Shown here: positions 58,742 through 64,000 of the stretch, piece after piece
How positions within the stretch are numbered: position 1 is the stretch's first letter
Layout: each line of letters opens with the position of its first letter
Assembly: GCA_944385485.1 (NCBI GenBank)
Contig: CALWXL010000003.1
Location: 9,398-73,397, forward strand
DNA: 64,000 bases
Origin: an uncultured Oscillospiraceae bacterium
GTDB lineage: Bacteria; Bacillota; Clostridia; Oscillospirales; Oscillospiraceae
Direction of reading: 5' to 3'
Notes under the pieces: generated by a model
What the model was told of the DNA's origin: nothing
The model's database searches: none
Seen by the model: only the letters and a program-made list of their open reading frames with translations
Position numbers and translations under genes: made by a program

Positions 58742-59457
58742 GCCTCCACCTCCTCCTCGCCCTCATCCTGGGTCAGAAGGTCTACGATGTAGGACTCAAA
58801 CTCCGGGGTGTGGATTTTGGCGTTGTCCACCCCTTCCAGCTCGCCCTGGTGGAGCAGAACAATTTCATCGCACAAATCCTGGGCCAGCTGGAGAATGTGG
58901 GTGGAAAAGAGAATGATATGGTCCTCTTTCATCTCCCGCAGCAGGTTTTTCATCTCCAGGGCCGCCACCACGTCAAAGCTGGTGAGGGGCTCATCCAGCA
59001 AAATCACCGGCGGCTTGCCGATGAGGAAACACAGCATCTGAATTTTGTGCTTCATACCGTGGGAGTACCCCCGCATGAGCCGACGGCCATCGTCGGGGGC
59101 CAGCCCCACCAGATCCAGCCACTGATCCGGGGTGCGGCCGCTTTGGTCCCCGGTGATTTCCTGAAAGAACTTCACAAACTCCACCCCGGTGAGAAATTCC
59201 GGCACCACCGGGGTGAAGAGCACATAGCCGATGTCCCCCTGCTTGGGGGTACGGGTCTGGCCGTACCTGTCCACCAGGGACACGGTGCCGCTGTCGGCGG
59301 GGAATTCCGCGGACAGGCAGTTGAACAGGGTGGTTTTGCCCGAACCGTTGCGGCCCAACAGGCCGTAAATCTTCCCCTGTTCAAAGGTGAAACTGGCCCC
59401 TTTCAGCACTTCTTTGGTGCCAAAGGACTTGGTAATCTGGTCTAGAATCAGTTGCAT
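58738..59457 (-). CDS. ABC transporter ATP-binding protein
   Basis: Start MQLILDQ; GRNGSGKT, YSHGM, LLDEP, STH. Confidence 0.9.
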   Translation of the reverse strand: MQLILDQITKSFGTKEVLKGASFTFEQGKIYGLLGRNGSGKTTLFNCLSAEFPADSGTVSLVDRYGQTRTPKQGDIGYVLFTPVVPEFLTGVEFVKFFQEITGDQSGRTPDQWLDLVGLAPDDGRRLMRGYSHGMKHKIQMLCFLIGKPPVILLDEPLTSFDVVAALEMKNLLREMKEDHIILFSTHILQLAQDLCDEIVLLHQGELEGVDNAKIHTPEFESYIVDLLTQDEGEEEVEA

Positions 59458-59520
59458 GGGGGAACTCCTCCTCTGTCTTTCATTGCCCATCGTCTGAGTG
59501 CCTGAACTGCACCCAGCCAT

Positions 59521-59643
59521 AGGCTCCCCTGTGTAAGGGGAGCTGTCAGCCGTGAGGCTGACTGAGGGGTTGACGATAGCGGGTGGAAACAATCCCTCCG
59601 CCCCGGCTTACGCCGGGCCACCTTCCTTTACACAAGGGAGGCT
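59521..59643. repeat. REP-like pair, family B copy 3
   Basis: ggctcccctgtgtaaggggagctgtcagccgtgaggctgactgaggggttg..aatccctccg..gccaccttcctttacacaagggaggct. Confidence 0.9.
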
Positions 59644-59658
59644 TTATTTCATTTTCCC

Positions 59659-60471
59659 TTACTCCAGGTTCAGCCGGCGGCTGAGAATGTAGTTGACCAG
59701 GACAAAGTGCACCACACACCGCACCAGGTTGATGGCCAACCCCCACGCCACGGAGGTGAGCATCAGGTTGGAAAAGCCGTCCACGTTGAGGGTCGCCTGG
59801 GACCCGGCAGTGATGGTGACCAGGGAGTTGGTGATGTCGGGGTAGCCAAACAAGCCGATGACCGTGCTCACCGCGGACCAGGCCATGTTGAGCACGATGA
59901 AAGCCAGCACCGCAAAGCCCACCCGGTGGCTGGAGGCCAGATGGCCCAGGGCCATGGCGGCATACACCTGGGAGATGGAGCAGATCAGCCCCACAAAGAA
60001 GGAGATCGCCAGCAAAATCACCAGGGGCACGAAGTTGGGCACCTGCTCCCGGGCCATGGTCATCACATGGCCCAGCACATCCCACATACCGGGGAAGGCG
60101 GCAATGATAAACACCGACACCAGCGCCACCAGGGTGCTGAGCAGGGAGATAACCAGAGCACTGATGAGCTTGGAGGTAATCAGCTGCCAGGGATGGACGG
60201 GGATGGTAAACATCAGGTACCCCTCATCCTTCAAAAGGCCCTGGTAGAACCGGGCAATGATGATCACCGTGGTCACCACCAGCACCGCCACAATGAGCAG
60301 CACATACAGCAGCACCATCAGGGAGTTGACCAGCCCCAGCCCCTGCTCGGCATCCAGACCGGCACCGGAAAACAGGCGGTTGATGGCAGACACCACCAGC
60401 AGCACGCCCCACAGGGGCAAAAACAGCTTGAACATGGCTTTGAAGTCATATTTCAACAGTTTAGCCAGCAT
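59659..60471 (-). CDS. ABC transporter permease (Ytr-type)
   Basis: MLAKLLKYDFK, RFY..L..EGYLMFTIPV..LITSKL; about 6 TMs. Confidence 0.85.
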   Translation of the reverse strand: MLAKLLKYDFKAMFKLFLPLWGVLLVVSAINRLFSGAGLDAEQGLGLVNSLMVLLYVLLIVAVLVVTTVIIIARFYQGLLKDEGYLMFTIPVHPWQLITSKLISALVISLLSTLVALVSVFIIAAFPGMWDVLGHVMTMAREQVPNFVPLVILLAISFFVGLICSISQVYAAMALGHLASSHRVGFAVLAFIVLNMAWSAVSTVIGLFGYPDITNSLVTITAGSQATLNVDGFSNLMLTSVAWGLAINLVRCVVHFVLVNYILSRRLNLE

Positions 60472-61192
60472 AGAAATCACCTCCCTGAGGATTGGCCCGG
60501 AACATATCCCGGAACACGTCGTCCACACTCTTGCCCTCCTGGGCCCGGATGTCGTCCACGGTGTCGTGGCGAATCACATGGCCCTGATGGAGGAACACCA
60601 CCTCGTCCAGCACCCGCTCCACGTCTCCAATCAGGTGGGTGGAGATGAGCACTGTGGCCTCGGGGTTATAATTGGTCAAAATGGTGTTGAGAATAAAGTC
60701 CCGGGCTGCCGGGTCCACCCCGGCGATGGGCTCATCCAACAGATACAGGTGGGACTGGCGGCTCATGGCCAGACACAGCTGCAACTTCTCCTTGGTGCCC
60801 TTGGACATGGACTTGATGCGGTCGCCGGGCTGGATCTTCAGGCTTTTGCACATGTCATTGGCCTTGTTCCAGTCAAAATCCGGGTAGAAATCGGTGAAAA
60901 AGTCCACCAGATCCCGGGTCTTCATCCAGTCGGCAAAGTACATCCGGTCGGGGAGATAGCTCACATGGGCCTTGGTCTCCACCCCGGGGGTGTAGCCGTT
61001 GATGGTCAGGGTGCCGAAGCTGGGCTGCAACAGCCCGCACAGCAGCTTAATGAGGGTGGTCTTGCCCGAGCCGTTGGGCCCCAGCAACCCCACCAGCTTC
61101 CCCCGGCCAATGTTCAAATTCACATCCACCAGAGCCTTGGTGTGGGAAAAGGTCTTGCCCAGTCCCTGACAGACAATCAAATCTTGGTTCAT
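60461..61192 (-). CDS. ABC transporter ATP-binding protein (YtrB-like)
   Basis: GPNGSGKT, MSKGT, LLDEPIAGVDP, STH. Confidence 0.92.
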   Translation of the reverse strand: MNQDLIVCQGLGKTFSHTKALVDVNLNIGRGKLVGLLGPNGSGKTTLIKLLCGLLQPSFGTLTINGYTPGVETKAHVSYLPDRMYFADWMKTRDLVDFFTDFYPDFDWNKANDMCKSLKIQPGDRIKSMSKGTKEKLQLCLAMSRQSHLYLLDEPIAGVDPAARDFILNTILTNYNPEATVLISTHLIGDVERVLDEVVFLHQGHVIRHDTVDDIRAQEGKSVDDVFRDMFRANPQGGDFYAG

Positions 61193-61560
61193 CTCTCTTC
61201 CTCCTTCCAGGTTTGCACAAACTCTTTGGCCTGCTGTGCCGTAAAGCCCAGCTGTTTCATGCCGTCAAAATAGGCCTGGATCTGCTCCCGGGCCAGTTGG
61301 CGGCACATCCCGGCCAGCACTTCCCCGTCCTCGGTGACGGTGCGCCCCGCCGTGCGGTTGTTGGTCACCACCAGGCCGTCCGCTTCCAGCTGAGCCAGGG
61401 CCCGCTGCATGGTGTTGGGGTTCACCCCCGCCTCCGCCGCCAGCTCCCGCACTGTGGGAATCTTACTGCCTTTGGGGTATACCCCGGCGGAAATGCGCTG
61501 CATGAGCTGGTGGTGCAGCTGCATCCAGATGGGACCGTTGTCCGTGAGATTCCATCCCAT
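61189..61560 (-). CDS. GntR family regulator, YtrA subfamily
   Basis: PIWMQL, IPTVRELA..GVNPNTMQRAL..LE, short C-terminus. Confidence 0.92.
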   Translation of the reverse strand: MGWNLTDNGPIWMQLHHQLMQRISAGVYPKGSKIPTVRELAAEAGVNPNTMQRALAQLEADGLVVTNNRTAGRTVTEDGEVLAGMCRQLAREQIQAYFDGMKQLGFTAQQAKEFVQTWKEEER

Positions 61561-61573
61561 GCCTCCACCTCCT

Positions 61574-61622
61574 TGTGTTATTGGCTTAATACAAGTATAC
61601 ATATATATTCAGGTGTTGTCAA
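61574..61622 (-). promoter_or_regulatory. YtrA-type operator and sigma-A promoter
   Basis: Palindrome TGTATTA-6-TAACACA (61574-61593) directly downstream of TTGACA-17-TATACT (61594-61622). Confidence 0.8.
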
Positions 61623-61753
61623 GGTGGAATGGCCCGGTATGGCAAGAAATCCAAGGATTCGCCGGTCTGGTTTTATACAGTTTGAAGATTGACAGATGGA
61701 CGCGGGCAAGCTAGTATTTCATGAGTAGAATCCAGATGTATGGAGGGATTGGC

Positions 61754-62110
61754 GTGAAGCTGTTCCGACAATTTTTGATCATTCTCCTTCTGGCCTTTGT
61801 GGGCGAGGGTTTGAAGGCCCTGCTGCCGCTCCCCGTCCCCGCCAGTGTGTACGGGTTGGTGCTGATGCTTTTGTGTCTGTGCACGGGCATCATTCGCCTG
61901 GAGCAGGTGGACCGAGCCGCCGACTTTCTCATTGAGATCATGCCGGTGATGTTCGTCCCCGCCGCCGTGGGTCTCACCGAGAGCTGGGACCAGCTGCGCC
62001 CCGTGTTGGTGCCTATGCTGGTCATCATGGTGCTCACCACGGTGCTGGTGATGGTGGTCACGGGACACGTGACCCAGTTTGTCATGAAGTGGAGGGAGAA
62101 ACATGACTGA
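61754..62110 (+). CDS. CidA/LrgA family protein
   Basis: GTG start after GGAGG; PVPASVYGL, MFVPAAVG. Confidence 0.9.
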   Translation: MKLFRQFLIILLLAFVGEGLKALLPLPVPASVYGLVLMLLCLCTGIIRLEQVDRAADFLIEIMPVMFVPAAVGLTESWDQLRPVLVPMLVIMVLTTVLVMVVTGHVTQFVMKWREKHD

Positions 62111-62795
62111 TTTCTTGGGAAATTCTCTGTTTTTTGGTGTGGCCGTGAGTTTGGTGGCCTATGAGGTGGGGCTGCTGCTGCGGCGCAAGTTCGCCTTGGC
62201 CATCCTCAACCCGCTGCTCATTGCCATCTGCTGCGTCATCTTGTTCAACAAGGCCCTGGACATTCCCTATGACGACTACTACGAGGGCGCTCAGTACCTG
62301 TCCTACCTGCTCACCCCCGCCACGGTGGCTCTGGCCGTGCCTCTGTACCGGCAGTTGACCCTGCTGAAAACCCACTGGTTGGCCATTGTGTGCGGCCTGG
62401 GTGCGGGCATCATCGCGGGAGGGCTGGGCATTCTGGCCCTGTCGGTGCTCTTCGGGCTGGATCACCAGCTGTATGTGACCCTGCTGCCCAAGTCGGTGAC
62501 CACCGCCATTGGCATGGAGCTGTCCCGGGAGCTGGGCGGCGTGGTGGCCATCACCACCGCCGTCATCATTGTCACCGGAATTCTGGGCAACGTCATTGGG
62601 GATTTCATCTTCTCCCTGTTCCGCATCAAGCACCCCATTGCCAAGGGCCTGGCCCTGGGCAATGCCGCCCACGCCATTGGCACCGCCAAGGCCATGGAGC
62701 TGGGCGAGGTGGAGGGCGCCATGAGCAGCCTGGCCATTGCGGTGGCGGGAATTCTCACCGTGGTGTCTGCCTCGGTGTTTGCGCAGTTTATGTAA
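62103..62795 (+). CDS. LrgB/CidB family protein
   Basis: LNPLL, PATVALAVPLY, PKSVTTAIG, AHAIGTAKA. Confidence 0.93.
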   Translation: MTDFLGNSLFFGVAVSLVAYEVGLLLRRKFALAILNPLLIAICCVILFNKALDIPYDDYYEGAQYLSYLLTPATVALAVPLYRQLTLLKTHWLAIVCGLGAGIIAGGLGILALSVLFGLDHQLYVTLLPKSVTTAIGMELSRELGGVVAITTAVIIVTGILGNVIGDFIFSLFRIKHPIAKGLALGNAAHAIGTAKAMELGEVEGAMSSLAIAVAGILTVVSASVFAQFM

Positions 62796-62935
62796 CGCCG
62801 TCTTCCCTTTCAGCGGCCAGGCTCCGCCCTGGCCGCCTGTTTTGCTCTGCTGGGCCCCATTTCTCACAATTATTACCCTGTGGAGCAACCCCAAGCCATC
62901 CCACAGGCTGGTGCCTAACTCCACATTTGAGACTT

Positions 62936-62968
62936 CCCGGCAGTCCCTTTGGGATTGCCGGGATTTTT
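62936..62968 (+). terminator. Second intrinsic terminator in the lrgB-dnaD spacer
   Basis: tcccggcagtccc/gggattgccggga plus ttttt. Confidence 0.8.
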
Positions 62969-62971
62969 CAG

Positions 62972-63000
62972 TTGTCAGGTGTGAGAAATTCATGTAAAAT
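62972..63000 (+). promoter_or_regulatory. Sigma-A promoter for the DnaD-domain gene
   Basis: TTGTCA-17-TAAAAT. Confidence 0.65.
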
Positions 63001-63037
63001 AGACGGTACACGAGAAAAATCAAGGAGGTGAGCCGGA

Positions 63038-64000
63038 ATGTCCGTGCTGCTGTTGCCCAATGAAATCCTCTCCATGACCGCCCAGGCCGCCCGTCGGCTG
63101 GTGGAGGCGGGGGACGGAGACTGTGCCCTGCTGTACCTGGCCCTGCTCCAGGCGGGGAGCAACCCGGACCAGGCCGCCCAGCAGCTGGGCTGGGACTATG
63201 GGCGACTCAGCGCCGCCTTTGCCCGGCTCACCGCCATGGGACTGGCCGCCGGCAACTGTCCCTGCTCCCCGGCTGCCGCCCCCCAGCCCGTCCTCCAGGA
63301 TGACCGCCCCCCGGAGTACACCCGGGGCGACATTGCCGACGCCCTGGAGCGGGAACACAGCTTCCACGGGCTGTATCTGGAGATGGAGCGGCTGCTGGGC
63401 AAGGTGTTCTCCGACACCGATCTGAAGAGCCTGTACACCATTTACGACTACTTAGCCCTGCCCGTGGAGGTGATCTTCATGCTGGCGGGGTACGTGGTGC
63501 GCTCCAGCCGCCGCCAAAAGGGAGACACCGCCCCACCTCCCCGGATGACCGAGGTGAAAAAGGAGGCCTTCCGTTGGAAGCGGCTGGGCATCACCACCGT
63601 GGAACGGGCGGAGGAGTATCTGCGCAGCCAGGAGAGCATCGATCAGCGGGAATGGGGCGTACTCTCCGCCGTGGGCGTCACCCAGAAGCGGCCCGCCATT
63701 GACCGGGAGCGGGAGTACATCCAGCGCTGGATTCAGTGGGGCTTCTCCGATGAGATGATCCATCTGGCCTACGAGCGCACCATTTTCCGCAAGGGGCAGA
63801 TGAACTGGCCCTATGTGAATAAGATTCTGGAGTCCTGGCGCAAGTCCGGCTACACCACCCCCCAGCAGGTGGAGCAGGAGCGGGGCGGCAAAGCCAAGCC
63901 TCAGCCCGCCGCCCAGGGGGCCAAACCCCAGGAGAACTATCAGCCCAGCCAGAGCCGCATCCGGCAGCAGTCGGACTGGCTGGATCAATTCTTGCAGCAG
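63038..64000 (+). CDS. DnaD domain protein (3'-truncated by window edge; not in ORF track)
   Basis: ATG after AAGGAGGTG. Open frame MSVLLLPNEILSM..ERLLGKVFS..IYDYLALP.EVI..W...GITTVERAEEY..AYERT..WPYVNKILESW with two DnaD repeats. Confidence 0.88.
   Translation, partial: MSVLLLPNEILSMTAQAARRLVEAGDGDCALLYLALLQAGSNPDQAAQQLGWDYGRLSAAFARLTAMGLAAGNCPCSPAAAPQPVLQDDRPPEYTRGDIADALEREHSFHGLYLEMERLLGKVFSDTDLKSLYTIYDYLALPVEVIFMLAGYVVRSSRRQKGDTAPPPRMTEVKKEAFRWKRLGITTVERAEEYLRSQESIDQREWGVLSAVGVTQKRPAIDREREYIQRWIQWGFSDEMIHLAYERTIFRKGQMNWPYVNKILESWRKSGYTTPQQVEQERGGKAKPQPAAQGAKPQENYQPSQSRIRQQSDWLDQFLQQ

Noticed and set aside
62877-62935. Twister ribozyme or preQ1 riboswitch resemblance (cccaagcc, cctaac, gagcaac)
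   Set aside because: Fragments are in the wrong order or lack the required pairings; kept only as a generic sRNA candidate.
61754-64000. Prophage (holin-like CidA plus DnaD-like replication gene)
   Set aside because: CidA/LrgB and DnaD-domain genes are ordinary chromosomal genes in Firmicutes; composition is host-like, with no integrase or structural genes.

Overview
A GC-rich Firmicute chromosome segment, probably a gut Oscillospiraceae/Ruminococcaceae-like clostridium (inferred from gene content, not verified). Housekeeping genes: feoB 3' part, trmO, proS, Mrp/ApbC, nucleoside kinase, mutL, dtd, zapA, U32 family, maf, mreC, mutS, pepF, rlmA-like, cidA/lrgB and a DnaD-domain gene running off the end. 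Accessory blocks: (i) a fluoride riboswitch ahead of a cation:proton antiporter-trmO-fetAB-like gene string; (ii) a sucrose PTS operon whose three core genes each carry internal deletions; (iii) an ECF sigma/anti-sigma/secreted proteins/lipoprotein/ABC cluster with an AT-rich cassette whose borders fall inside genes; (iv) three sortase-anchored enzymes (GH136-like, purple acid phosphatase-like, GH20); (v) an OmpR-type two-component system with two paralogous accessory proteins and a C39-like peptidase sharing an operator. Three families of dispersed, highly structured non-coding repeats are present; two show compensatory base changes between copies. There is also a candidate ~90-nt sRNA. No rRNA, tRNA, CRISPR array, transposase or phage genes were seen. 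All calls come from reading motifs by eye; no searches were run.
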